A stretch of 64,000 bases of DNA from a virus (IMGVR_UViG_3300020455_000012:6836-70835), one strand, 5' to 3'. Numbered from the stretch's first letter, positions 20,932 through 29,766 are shown. Numbers and translations are program-made. Notes: generated from the letters alone by a model not told the origin.

Positions 20932-22734
20932 ATGGCAACACTTAATTTTCCAGATAATCCCACGACAGGTGACGTTTATACGGATAGTAACTCTGGCTTT
21001 ACTTATGAGTGGAATGGAACAGTATGGATAAGCACAGATCCTTCTACTGCATCTAATATTAGAGAGATTGATGATATTTCAAGTGATTTTGATGGTTCAG
21101 ATACAACCTTTACGTTAAAAGTAGCAGGTGTCAACGTAGAACCTGCAAATGTTCAACAACTCATCATCAGTGTTGGTGGTGTGATGCAAAATGCTGGAGA
21201 TGACTTTACTCTCTCTGGTTCAACACTTACATTCACTACTGCTCCTCAATCGGGATTATCATTCTTTGGTACTCTTTTAGGAACTGCTTTATCACTTAAT
21301 ACTATTCCTGATGGAAGTGTAGGTTCTGCATCTCTTAAGACAGAAGACTTTACAATTGGTGGTTCAGGTAATACAGTCACAATTCCTGGTAACCTCACAG
21401 TTCAGGGAACTGAAACTATTATTAATACTGAACGACTTGATATTCAGGACAAGACTGTTGGTATTGCCTCTACGAATGCTCCAACATCTACATCTCAAGA
21501 TGATGCTGGTATTATCATCTATGGACAAACTCATGTAAATATTCTTTATGATAGAGATAAAGCAGCAGTAGGTATCAATACTGCTTTGAGTGTTAGTGGT
21601 GTTGTAACTGCTACAAGAGCTCAGATTGGTACAGGAGTAACGATTAATAATACTGGTATAGATGCAGGAAATGCGGGTATTGTAACTGCAGGAACGATTA
21701 CCGCACCTGCTGATTTAATTATTTCTGCTCCTAATGCTGCAATTAGACCTCGCACAGATCAGTTTACTGTTAAAAATGCGGCTAATAGTGAAACATTGTT
21801 TTATGCTGATGCTAATAGTGCATTTGCTGCTTTTTATGATAATACCAAACGGTTTGAAACGGCCAGTGATGATGGAGGTGGTGGTGTTATAGTTACAGGT
21901 AAGATTGTTGGTACTGCTGTTACTGCTAATGATTCAACTAAACCATCTCTTGCTTTACATACAGGGACAACACTACGTGCTGATTTAAGTGCCAACTCTG
22001 GTATATGCAGTATTAGAAGTTATGCTAACAATCCATTTGCCATAAACGTTGGTGGTTCTGGAGAAACTGAAGCACTTCGCATCGATTCAAGTGGTCGCTT
22101 GATGGTAGGAACAACTATTGAAGGAAATGATGATGCTGATGAATTAACACTTAACGGTACAAGAACTGGTCTTACGATTCGTTCAGCAAGTAATGATTAT
22201 GGAAATATATTTTTCTCTGATGCAACTTCTGGCACTAGTGAATATGCAGGAGCAGTTCAATATTATCATAATGATGACTCGTTGATATTTAAAACCAGTT
22301 CAACAAATAGATTTACCATCACATCAAATGGTGGATTCTCCTTTGATAATGCTCAGTTAGTAGAGAGAGTAGAGATAACTGCTGGTAAGTTAAGTAATAA
22401 TACTGATATTGATCTTGCAGATGGTATGGTTCATTACTTTTCTACTACTGAGACTGGTACATCCACCCCAAACATCAGAATTGATGGTAGTAATACCTTA
22501 AACAATGCAATGGATACTGGTGATGTCATCTCTGTTACTCTTATAACTACTGCAGCCGCTGCTGCTTATAGTGCTGCATTAAATATTGATGGTAGTAGTG
22601 CAACAGTAGAGTGGAGTGGGGCAGCGGCTCCAAGTGCTGGTGGAGCAAGTGGTCTCGATGTTTATGCGTATACGATTATAAAAACAGGTAGTGGAGCATA
22701 TAAGGTATTAGGAAACTACACCAACTTTGATTAA
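20932..22734 (+). CDS. tail fibre protein
   Basis: LNFP..P..G...YEWNGTVW start, DDISS.FDG...F.L repeat, EALRIDSSGRL fibre repeat, C-terminal DVYAYTIIKTG domain. Confidence 0.8.
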   Translation: MATLNFPDNPTTGDVYTDSNSGFTYEWNGTVWISTDPSTASNIREIDDISSDFDGSDTTFTLKVAGVNVEPANVQQLIISVGGVMQNAGDDFTLSGSTLTFTTAPQSGLSFFGTLLGTALSLNTIPDGSVGSASLKTEDFTIGGSGNTVTIPGNLTVQGTETIINTERLDIQDKTVGIASTNAPTSTSQDDAGIIIYGQTHVNILYDRDKAAVGINTALSVSGVVTATRAQIGTGVTINNTGIDAGNAGIVTAGTITAPADLIISAPNAAIRPRTDQFTVKNAANSETLFYADANSAFAAFYDNTKRFETASDDGGGGVIVTGKIVGTAVTANDSTKPSLALHTGTTLRADLSANSGICSIRSYANNPFAINVGGSGETEALRIDSSGRLMVGTTIEGNDDADELTLNGTRTGLTIRSASNDYGNIFFSDATSGTSEYAGAVQYYHNDDSLIFKTSSTNRFTITSNGGFSFDNAQLVERVEITAGKLSNNTDIDLADGMVHYFSTTETGTSTPNIRIDGSNTLNNAMDTGDVISVTLITTAAAAAYSAALNIDGSSATVEWSGAAAPSAGGASGLDVYAYTIIKTGSGAYKVLGNYTNFD

Positions 22735-22747
22735 GGAGGACTAAACA

Positions 22748-24133
22748 ATGAGTAACATATGGCATACAAAAGAAGAGCCCTTCTTAGGATTGCAAGGAAT
22801 GGGAGGAGGTGCGAGTTCTCTCATGTGGACAAGTAGTGGAACGACAAAATATAATCTATTTACATGGGGATCTAATGCTTATGGAGAATTAGGTTTAAAT
22901 CAGGGATGGAGACCAGCAGACAATCCACTACCTTCTCAACCATCTAAATCCTCACCAACTCAAATTCCTGGTGATTGGTTTGCCGTATATGGAGGGAATG
23001 GTTATGAGAAAAGGTGGCAAATGGGAGCAAAAGATGAGGAAGATACGTTATGGACATGGGGCAATAATGGTAATGGAGTATTAGGACACAATGAAATGGA
23101 TGATCAACCTCATAACGCAAATAAATCATCACCTACCCAAATTCCAGGAAGTTGGAAATTTGCGGGGGCGGGTAACGAGTCTGCTCTAGGACTTAAAGAT
23201 GATGGACACTTATATGGATGGGGTGCTGGTTCCTATGGAATATATGGCGGTGGTCATCCTCAACCTACCGTATACAATGTAAGTTCTCCTTGTCAACTTG
23301 GTAGTCATTTTGATCAGTCTGGAAGAAATTGGGTAGCAGATACAAAAAAATGGAGTATTAACCGTACCGCTTACTTTTTGATTAATGATTTAGATGAATT
23401 ATGGTGTTGGGGAAGTAATAGTAAAGGAGCATTAGGGCAAAATGAGTCATTCAATCAAATGTATTCATCACCAGTTCAAATACCTGGAAGTTGGTATTCA
23501 GTTGATTGTCACTCACGAGGTAATAGTGTTTCTGCAATTAAAACTGATGGAAACTTATATTATTGGGGTTCTAGTGCTGAGTATATTCCATGGCCCACCT
23601 CAGCTCAGGATCGTTCATCACCAACATTAATGCCTGGTGGACCTTATATTCGTTCTTCGATGAGAAGTGGTAAGAATGGTAATATGATTGTAAGAAATCC
23701 TACTGCAGGAGTAGCAGGGAGTCCAACCAGTACTATGTGGTATATGGGTCAGGCAGAATATGGTCTTAAAGGAAATAATGATACAGCAGGTTCAGCACCC
23801 AATGGTTATGGTACTATATCATCACCTATTCAAATAGGTGGCCCAACGAGTACGGGTTGGAGTAGGTATGTTGAAGTAAACCATTTTAATGCTGCATGTG
23901 CTATTAAATATGATGGGACAATGTGGACATGGGGAAGCAATAATTATGGACAATTAGGACATTCTCAATCAGGATCTCCCACCCAACCTTGGTTTCCAGG
24001 TCCAATGAGACTGGGTGTGTCTAGATCATCACCAACTCAAATACCAGGTACATGGGGTAATGTGGCCGCAGATGATACCAAAGAGTATATTCTCAAAAGG
24101 AGGATGGGTTTCAGTGCGTTACAAAAACAATAG
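22748..24133 (+). CDS. RCC1-repeat protein, putative fibre-tip adhesin
   Basis: AAGGAGG RBS; KEEPFLG.QGMGGG leader then RCC1 blades. Confidence 0.75.
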   Translation: MSNIWHTKEEPFLGLQGMGGGASSLMWTSSGTTKYNLFTWGSNAYGELGLNQGWRPADNPLPSQPSKSSPTQIPGDWFAVYGGNGYEKRWQMGAKDEEDTLWTWGNNGNGVLGHNEMDDQPHNANKSSPTQIPGSWKFAGAGNESALGLKDDGHLYGWGAGSYGIYGGGHPQPTVYNVSSPCQLGSHFDQSGRNWVADTKKWSINRTAYFLINDLDELWCWGSNSKGALGQNESFNQMYSSPVQIPGSWYSVDCHSRGNSVSAIKTDGNLYYWGSSAEYIPWPTSAQDRSSPTLMPGGPYIRSSMRSGKNGNMIVRNPTAGVAGSPTSTMWYMGQAEYGLKGNNDTAGSAPNGYGTISSPIQIGGPTSTGWSRYVEVNHFNAACAIKYDGTMWTWGSNNYGQLGHSQSGSPTQPWFPGPMRLGVSRSSPTQIPGTWGNVAADDTKEYILKRRMGFSALQKQ

Positions 24134-24134
24134 A

Positions 24135-24194
24135 TTGACCAATTGAACAACTGTCACACAGCCCCTTGCCAGAAATGGTGAGGGGTTTTATAAT
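24135..24194 (+). promoter_or_regulatory. early promoter with AACTGTCAC motif and overlapping hairpin/terminator
   Basis: CAATTGAACAACTGTCAC; TTGCCA-17-TATAAT; GCCCCTTGCCA-GAAA-TGGTGAGGGGT hairpin. Confidence 0.8.
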
Positions 24195-24214
24195 ACCTGT
24201 ATTCGTGAATGATT

Positions 24215-24322
24215 ATGCAACTCACTGGTTCTGAAAAATTGATTTTCATCACATCCTTTATGTTTCTTATGAACTGGGGTGTGCGTGTATCTCAACTGGT
24301 GATTAACAATGCTCTTTCTTAG
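24215..24322 (+). CDS. small hydrophobic early protein (35 aa)
   Basis: MQLTGSEKLIFITSFMFLMNWGVRVSQLVINNALS right after promoter; below ORF-track cutoff. Confidence 0.6.
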   Translation: MQLTGSEKLIFITSFMFLMNWGVRVSQLVINNALS

Positions 24323-24728
24323 TCACTCAGGTTACAAGTATTCCAAGAACAGGTGTGAGAGCATCGTGACTTGGTTCGTGGATAAGTATCTCCCACGCCA
24401 TAAGATCTTCGTGAATGTAGACCATAAGGGCCTACTCAGGGAAGGTGTATTTGGTTGGCAGTGGTCTACTGATTCTGATTGCAGACCTCGTGAATTTGAG
24501 ATCGAGATCCATAATCGCTTGTCAGTGGAAGAATACACCAAAACCCTTTTACATGAACTCTGGCACATATTACAGCATGTGCGTGGTGATTTAAGGGATA
24601 AGCGTAATCAACGCCTCTGGAAGGGCATAGACCACTCTCAGACGGACTATAGTGACCAGCCATGGGAACTAGAGGCACAACACATGGAAAACGTATTATA
24701 TGAAGAATATACAAAGGCACAGATATAA
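24309..24728 (+). CDS. HEXXH zinc metallopeptidase-like protein
   Basis: TLLHELWHILQ and PWELEA motifs. Confidence 0.75.
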   Translation: MLFLSHSGYKYSKNRCESIVTWFVDKYLPRHKIFVNVDHKGLLREGVFGWQWSTDSDCRPREFEIEIHNRLSVEEYTKTLLHELWHILQHVRGDLRDKRNQRLWKGIDHSQTDYSDQPWELEAQHMENVLYEEYTKAQI

Positions 24729-25185
24729 AGATAAAAAGATATTTGAGACAAGAACATTATCTTTTGATCCTTATTCTTATTCTGAAATAGATTTGGTGAT
24801 AGGATTGATTCAAGACAATCTTACACCAGATTTACTTAAAGGAAGGAAATCGTTAATGTATCCTAGTGATGTATTAACTAACAAATATTATGGTCATTGT
24901 TATCATTCATCACAGGCCTTGCATTATCTGATGGACTGTGATATACTTACTCCCATGAGTGGAGAAGACTATCGAGGTGAAAAGCACTGGTGGTTACAGG
25001 ATGGTCAAAAGATCTATGACTGTACCGCAAAGCAATACCTTGACAAAGGAAAACTTCCACCCTATAATACAGGAAAGAAATCAGTTTGGTATGGTTGGAA
25101 ACAACGACCACAACAAGTATCACTAAACTTGACAGTTCGAGTATTAGGTGATAGATTACTTTCAGATGAAACAACTTGCTTTTAG
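24700..25185 (+). CDS. hypothetical protein with transglutaminase-like C-H-D motifs
   Basis: GHCY...HWWL...IYDCT. Confidence 0.5.
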   Translation: MKNIQRHRYKDKKIFETRTLSFDPYSYSEIDLVIGLIQDNLTPDLLKGRKSLMYPSDVLTNKYYGHCYHSSQALHYLMDCDILTPMSGEDYRGEKHWWLQDGQKIYDCTAKQYLDKGKLPPYNTGKKSVWYGWKQRPQQVSLNLTVRVLGDRLLSDETTCF

Positions 25186-25209
25186 CAGACCGTTTCATAG
25201 TCCCAATTT

Positions 25210-26334
25210 ATGCTAACCAGCAAGGAGAAACAAATGTCTATTAGAAGACGTAAAGGATTTGGCCCAGATCAAGTTATTGATCTTGACAAATATGAAAATC
25301 GTTGGACTGAAGAGGAGAAACAATCTCATGTCAAACGTGGAAAATTTATTACATTTAAGTTTTTAGATCTAACAAAATATGGTGGAGATTCTTATCACCC
25401 AGATTTATTAAACATTGCTATAAGATATGATGGCAACAGGGATAATGCAGATGAAGGGATATGTAAGTCTTATAAAAAGAAAGGATGGCAGTATGGCCCA
25501 TTCCCCCCTATCGTAGATATATCAGATGTACCTAAAGATGGACGTACAAGGATAAGAGCTGCAATTAAGGCAGGAGAATCATTCATTGTTGTTGCAGTGT
25601 TTGATTATCCTGAAGAAGAGGATGAAGAAAAAGCCTATGTTCAATCTTTATCTGAAGGATTAATAGGTAATGATGATCTTATCAGTCGTCCTACTAAATA
25701 CAAAGATATTTTTGAAGCAGGTCTATCTGCTGTCAAACATGGAGGTATACCTGAAGATGATAAAACTGCAATCGCCAAACTTGTAATAGAGGAATTTGAA
25801 GCGGAAAGGTTTTTAGATTCTAATGAAATACCTTTATTAGTAGATGATATTTGTGAAGCAGTTGCAGCTGGTCAAGATGCAATTTGGTTGCCAACTAGGG
25901 CAGAAGTGATAAACTATCTTAGTAAATCTCCTGATGTTCCTAGTGATGCGTGTTTAGAAGGGGATGTATGTATCAATGGTAAAAAAGTATTCGTGTATGC
26001 AGCACCCAGTAACACTAATCAAGGTCGTTTATGGGGTAAACTTGCAGAAGAAATACCAGAAGAATCTTATGTAGTTCTTTATACAACTAAGAGGATTCCA
26101 TCAAAGATTAAAAAGGGATATGAGGATTTTGTGGAGTCTGTTGATAAGAGGTACGAGGAGTGTTTTGAAATTGTAAATAGGACATGCGATCAACATGGTG
26201 GAATGATTAAGTTTCAGGCTCCTACAAAGAGGCCTTGGGAAATTCTTGGAGTTATTCCTCAATTAAATAACGATGAAACTCACGATTCACTAAAGAAAAT
26301 GAATCGTTTGATTAAACTAGAGGACTATTGTTAG
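25210..26334 (+). CDS. hypothetical protein with ParB/Srx-like N-terminal motif
   Basis: 374-aa ORF; PPIV...DGRTRIRAA; start may be 25234. Confidence 0.5.
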   Translation: MLTSKEKQMSIRRRKGFGPDQVIDLDKYENRWTEEEKQSHVKRGKFITFKFLDLTKYGGDSYHPDLLNIAIRYDGNRDNADEGICKSYKKKGWQYGPFPPIVDISDVPKDGRTRIRAAIKAGESFIVVAVFDYPEEEDEEKAYVQSLSEGLIGNDDLISRPTKYKDIFEAGLSAVKHGGIPEDDKTAIAKLVIEEFEAERFLDSNEIPLLVDDICEAVAAGQDAIWLPTRAEVINYLSKSPDVPSDACLEGDVCINGKKVFVYAAPSNTNQGRLWGKLAEEIPEESYVVLYTTKRIPSKIKKGYEDFVESVDKRYEECFEIVNRTCDQHGGMIKFQAPTKRPWEILGVIPQLNNDETHDSLKKMNRLIKLEDYC

Positions 26335-26336
26335 AT

Positions 26337-26379
26337 TGTCACAAGGGGGATTTACTTCCCCCTTTTTTTATGTTATACT
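26337..26379 (+). promoter_or_regulatory. early promoter / terminator hairpin
   Basis: TGTCACA, AAGGGGGA-TTTACT-TCCCCCTT + T-tract, TTTACT-17-TATACT. Confidence 0.75.
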
Positions 26380-26400
26380 ATCGTTAATTCAAATCTTTCA

Positions 26401-26595
26401 ATGAAATCTGAATTTCTCTACGTCAAACCTAAATCCAAAGAGGCTAATTCTCGCTTCGTAAATAGGATGGATAGGTTACATTCATGTAGAATAGATAAAC
26501 GTGAGGATGGTAGAGTATTTCTATCATCTATCTCTGGTCGTTATCTATTTTCGATCATGGAGAGTGATGACAAAGATTGGGAGATTATTAAATGA
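26401..26595 (+). CDS. hypothetical early protein
   Basis: ORF after promoter; overlaps next ATG. Confidence 0.7.
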   Translation: MKSEFLYVKPKSKEANSRFVNRMDRLHSCRIDKREDGRVFLSSISGRYLFSIMESDDKDWEIIK

Positions 26596-26807
26596 AAGAC
26601 CAAAAAACATTAGATCAAAAGTTAACTCCTTATGAGAGATGGGATGCTGCTCATGCCATCTTTATTGAGTCGTTAATGAAACCTGACAATCATCTTCGTA
26701 GTTGTGCATATAATCAACAATGTTATGATGACTTGATGCAAATTCGAGACTATGTTATTGAGATGACTCAAAATATGCACAACCCTAGAAAATTTATTGA
26801 GGATTAG
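26592..26807 (+). CDS. hypothetical early protein
   Basis: Translationally coupled ORF. Confidence 0.7.
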   Translation: MKDQKTLDQKLTPYERWDAAHAIFIESLMKPDNHLRSCAYNQQCYDDLMQIRDYVIEMTQNMHNPRKFIED

Positions 26808-26809
26808 TT

Positions 26810-27004
26810 ATGATTAGTAAAGAGAAAGTGAGGAATCAAGTGAAGTCCAGATTTTATTATCTCTTCTGGGGCATTGCAACATTCTCTGTGGTAGCAGGCC
26901 AATTATATGTTGGATCAGGTTACAGAATGTTTGCTCAATCATTAAATAGAATTTTTGATACCATTGAAGTTCAAGTTAGTGATGATTATGAGAGATATTA
27001 TTAA
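26810..27004 (+). CDS. small membrane protein
   Basis: GAGG RBS; one hydrophobic helix. Confidence 0.7.
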   Translation: MISKEKVRNQVKSRFYYLFWGIATFSVVAGQLYVGSGYRMFAQSLNRIFDTIEVQVSDDYERYY

Positions 27005-27094
27005 ATAGTGTGACCTGACTCTAAAGAGATTATTAAAGTCATAGATATATTACATATATTATGTTATAATATCCTCACATACCACCATAAAACT

Positions 27095-27313
27095 ATGATT
27101 AACCTAGACGAGCGTTACCATTCTTACCTAGACGGCAGTAAAAAGATGAGAATAGATGGCGTTGAAGAAAGGGTTAAGGCATATGGCTGGCACTGTGATG
27201 GTAATGACATTAAAGGGCATTACGTCATAACAGAGAATTTTCAGTTGTTTTATAATATGGAAGGATTATTTACAAAGATGGTGGCACTTCGGGAACTGTC
27301 CACTGTTGCTTGA
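27095..27313 (+). CDS. hypothetical early protein
   Basis: ORF after TGTTATAAT extended -10 at 27062-27070. Confidence 0.7.
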   Translation: MINLDERYHSYLDGSKKMRIDGVEERVKAYGWHCDGNDIKGHYVITENFQLFYNMEGLFTKMVALRELSTVA

Positions 27314-27338
27314 CTTTCCCTCGTGAATGTAATATTAT
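27281..27338 (+). promoter_or_regulatory. early promoter with palindrome
   Basis: GTGGCACTT-CGGG-AACTGTCCAC; TTGACT-17-TATTAT. Confidence 0.8.
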
Positions 27339-27344
27339 ATAAAT

Positions 27345-27531
27345 GTTGAGAGGGATACTACAGGGTAACGTCCAACAGACTTCGCACGTGCTGTGACCCA
27401 CTTCTCAACTGCTGCAACCCCCTTTGGTAGTTTCAGGGTTGGAGGCGATAGGAAACTACTAACACACAACACACAGAAACGAGGAGATGGATGTGCCTCT
27501 GGGATCGCAACCCAAGAAAGAACTAACATCC
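27345..27531 (+). ncRNA. candidate structured RNA: hairpin plus two pseudoknots
   Basis: GC-richer tract starting at the predicted TSS; stems 27345-53/27401-09, 27415-20/27436-41, 27427-34/27452-59, 27481-84/27496-99, 27489-94/27526-31. Confidence 0.6.
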
Positions 27532-27555
27532 GCTAGCCTTTTTATTACTTTATCA

Positions 27556-27732
27556 ATGGCATACCATCACGAATGGAGTCAATCTTACATCAAAGGGTTG
27601 ACGTTTGAAGAGCATCACGTTAACAATGAGTGGTTCAATAATATGCTCACTATGTTAAAAGATGATGGCGAACTTTATGTGCCAATTTTAGACAAATCAT
27701 TCAATAAATCAGGTGAGGAGGTATCTTCGTGA
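27556..27732 (+). CDS. hypothetical early protein
   Basis: MAYHHEW... start preferred over 27487, which lies inside the RNA structure. Confidence 0.6.
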   Translation: MAYHHEWSQSYIKGLTFEEHHVNNEWFNNMLTMLKDDGELYVPILDKSFNKSGEEVSS

Positions 27733-27851
27733 ATAAAGATCATTTAAACCAAACCGATGAAATGATTGAAAAGTTTATTGGTGAATGTGAAAAGGAAGCA
27801 GCTGCGTTAGAAATCACTGTTGATTACTACATTGCTGAGTTTCTTATTTGA
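27729..27851 (+). CDS. small acidic protein (40 aa)
   Basis: GAGGAGG RBS, GTG start, ends EITVDYYIAEFLI. Confidence 0.6.
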   Translation: MNKDHLNQTDEMIEKFIGECEKEAAALEITVDYYIAEFLI

Positions 27852-27885
27852 CATTTAGTACCCTATCGGTTATACTGATAGGGTA
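27848..27885 (+). promoter_or_regulatory. sigma70 promoter with hairpin over the -10
   Basis: TTGACA-17-TATACT; TACCCTATCGGT/ACTGATAGGGTA inverted repeat. Confidence 0.75.
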
Positions 27886-27922
27886 TTTTAATATATACAA
27901 TTAGTTTGGAGTTTATTATCTA

Positions 27923-28120
27923 ATGACTGAAAGATTGTGGAAGATTCAAGAAAATTCAACAAATGGTTGGACAAGTATTGATCCTAAAACTGATAACCTA
28001 ACTAAATCTCAATGTGATGAGTGGTTAGAGCAATATATTGATCAGGGAACACCACCTGATAGATTAAGAGCAGTTCCAGCTGGCACTCCTGATGACGGAC
28101 TCGCATCATTAGACCAATAA
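27923..28120 (+). CDS. hypothetical protein
   Basis: ORF with GGAG RBS. Confidence 0.7.
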   Translation: MTERLWKIQENSTNGWTSIDPKTDNLTKSQCDEWLEQYIDQGTPPDRLRAVPAGTPDDGLASLDQ

Positions 28121-28458
28121 TGTATGAACCTCAAGTAGATGATTACGTCATTTGGAATAGACCAAATGGAGACATTGAAGAGGGTTGGGTATATTTTAAG
28201 GGTGACCCAGTTGATAATGAAAAACGCATAAAACAAGGATGGAATACTATTTCAAGGTATATTACTATTGAAACTAATGTTAAACCAAAACCAAATTGCG
28301 TGTATACAAGTGGTAAACCAATGAGACATAGAATGATTCATACATTATTACTATGCGTGGAAAATTGTTGGCATGAGTTAGAATATGTAAAGAATAGAAG
28401 AGAACAAGCAAGTGTTGATATGTACAAATCACAAGATGGTAGGCCCTCTGATTATTGA
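28120..28458 (+). CDS. hypothetical cyanophage protein
   Basis: YEPQVDDYVIW...EGWVYF; coupled ORF. Confidence 0.7.
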   Translation: MYEPQVDDYVIWNRPNGDIEEGWVYFKGDPVDNEKRIKQGWNTISRYITIETNVKPKPNCVYTSGKPMRHRMIHTLLLCVENCWHELEYVKNRREQASVDMYKSQDGRPSDY

Positions 28459-29414
28459 TGAAAGATACTATTTTATTTGGTGATTGTCGTGAAACACTAT
28501 CACAAATTGATGAAAAGGTGAGGATGTGCGTAACATCTCCACCTTATTATGGTTTGAGAAATTATGGTGATGAAAGTAATCAAATAGGTCAGGAAGATAC
28601 ACCAGAAGAGTATATTCAAAACCTCGTGGATATATTCCGCAGTGTTAGAAACTGTTTGAGTGATGATGGTACATTATGGGTGAATATTGGTGACAGTTAC
28701 TATAACTATCGTCCTGGAAAAGGTCAATCATATCCTAAACAGTCAGTATCTAAAACTAAGCAAGATTTGCCTGATAAATGTAGCAAACGTGGCAACAAAT
28801 TAGAGGGACTAAAAGAGAAAGATCTCATTGGTATTCCGTGGATGTTAGCATTTGCATTAAGAGCAGATGGATGGTACTTAAGACAAGATATTATATGGCA
28901 TAAACCTAATCCAATGCCAGAAAGTGTGCGTGATAGATGTACTAAATCCCATGAGTATTTGTTCCTCTTAAGTAAGAACAAGAAGTATTATTACGACAAT
29001 GAAAGTATCAAGGAACCAGCCAAAGATTGGGGTACTCGTGATAGAACTAAAGGAAAATATCACAATAAAGGTACAGGATTACAACCCCATTCTGGACTCA
29101 CTAAATCATATCCAACAAAGAATAAAAGGTCTGTTTGGAGTATAACAAATAAACCATATAAGGGTAGTCATTTTGCAGTATTTCCACCAGATTTGATTGA
29201 ACCATGTATATTAGCAGGCTCAGAGAAAAATGATATTATTCTTGACCCATTTATGGGATCGGGAACAACAGCAATGGTAGCTAAATCTCTAGGAAGATAT
29301 TACTTAGGGTGCGAATTGCATGAGGATTATGGTAACTTAATACAAGAACGAATGGGTGTGACAGTTGACAAAGTGGTACATAATGGATTGACTAATGCCT
29401 TCAATGACTTATAA
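28458..29414 (+). CDS. N4/N6 DNA methyltransferase, beta class
   Basis: TSPPY (motif IV) precedes DPFMGSGTT (motif I); IIWHKPNPMPES, HFAVFP. Confidence 0.9.
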   Translation: MKDTILFGDCRETLSQIDEKVRMCVTSPPYYGLRNYGDESNQIGQEDTPEEYIQNLVDIFRSVRNCLSDDGTLWVNIGDSYYNYRPGKGQSYPKQSVSKTKQDLPDKCSKRGNKLEGLKEKDLIGIPWMLAFALRADGWYLRQDIIWHKPNPMPESVRDRCTKSHEYLFLLSKNKKYYYDNESIKEPAKDWGTRDRTKGKYHNKGTGLQPHSGLTKSYPTKNKRSVWSITNKPYKGSHFAVFPPDLIEPCILAGSEKNDIILDPFMGSGTTAMVAKSLGRYYLGCELHEDYGNLIQERMGVTVDKVVHNGLTNAFNDL

Positions 29415-29415
29415 T
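29356..29415 (+). promoter_or_regulatory. early promoter with palindrome
   Basis: GTGACAGTT-GACA-AAGTGGTAC; TTGACT-16-TATAAT. Confidence 0.7.
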
Positions 29416-29441
29416 GAAGGAGTCCAAACAAATAAACCAAT

Positions 29442-29723
29442 TTGACAGCAGCAACTTCTACACGCAAGACACGTACACGCAAGGCAACCACACCTCGCAA
29501 GAAAGTATCAACAACTGCTAGAAAGTCTGCTTCTAAAATAAATACTTCACCTGCACAAATTCAAGTGGATGATGTAACGGAACAGACCAAAGTTGAAGCT
29601 AAAAGTGTTAAGTCCTTGCTAAATGATTATCCTCGTGATGGTTTATCTTTAATCTTGCTCCCTATTTTATACTTAGAAGCAGGAGTTAAAGAACTCTTAA
29701 AACTGGTACAACCAGTTAAGTAA
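29442..29723 (+). CDS. basic T/K/R-rich protein
   Basis: TTG start; TRKTRTRKATTPRKK N-terminus. Confidence 0.55.
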   Translation: MTAATSTRKTRTRKATTPRKKVSTTARKSASKINTSPAQIQVDDVTEQTKVEAKSVKSLLNDYPRDGLSLILLPILYLEAGVKELLKLVQPVK

Positions 29724-29766
29724 CTGTCACAAGCACCCACACAGGGTGCTTTTTTTATGCTATCAT
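29712..29766 (+). promoter_or_regulatory. early promoter / terminator hairpin
   Basis: CAGTT-AAGT-AACTGTCAC; AAGCACCC/GGGTGCTT + T-tract; TGCTATCAT. Confidence 0.75.

Noticed and set aside
2769-24133. Diversity-generating retroelement acting on fibre tips
   Set aside because: No reverse transcriptase in the window and no non-coding template repeat differing only at adenines was seen
27345-27531. tRNA, hammerhead ribozyme or glutamine riboswitch
   Set aside because: No cloverleaf/TTCGA arm, no CTGANGA core, and no match to motifs I can recognise
27335-27555. Track ORFs 27335..27529 (-) and the N-terminal extension of 27487..27732
   Set aside because: They coincide with the structured RNA tract; ATG 27556 is the more plausible start
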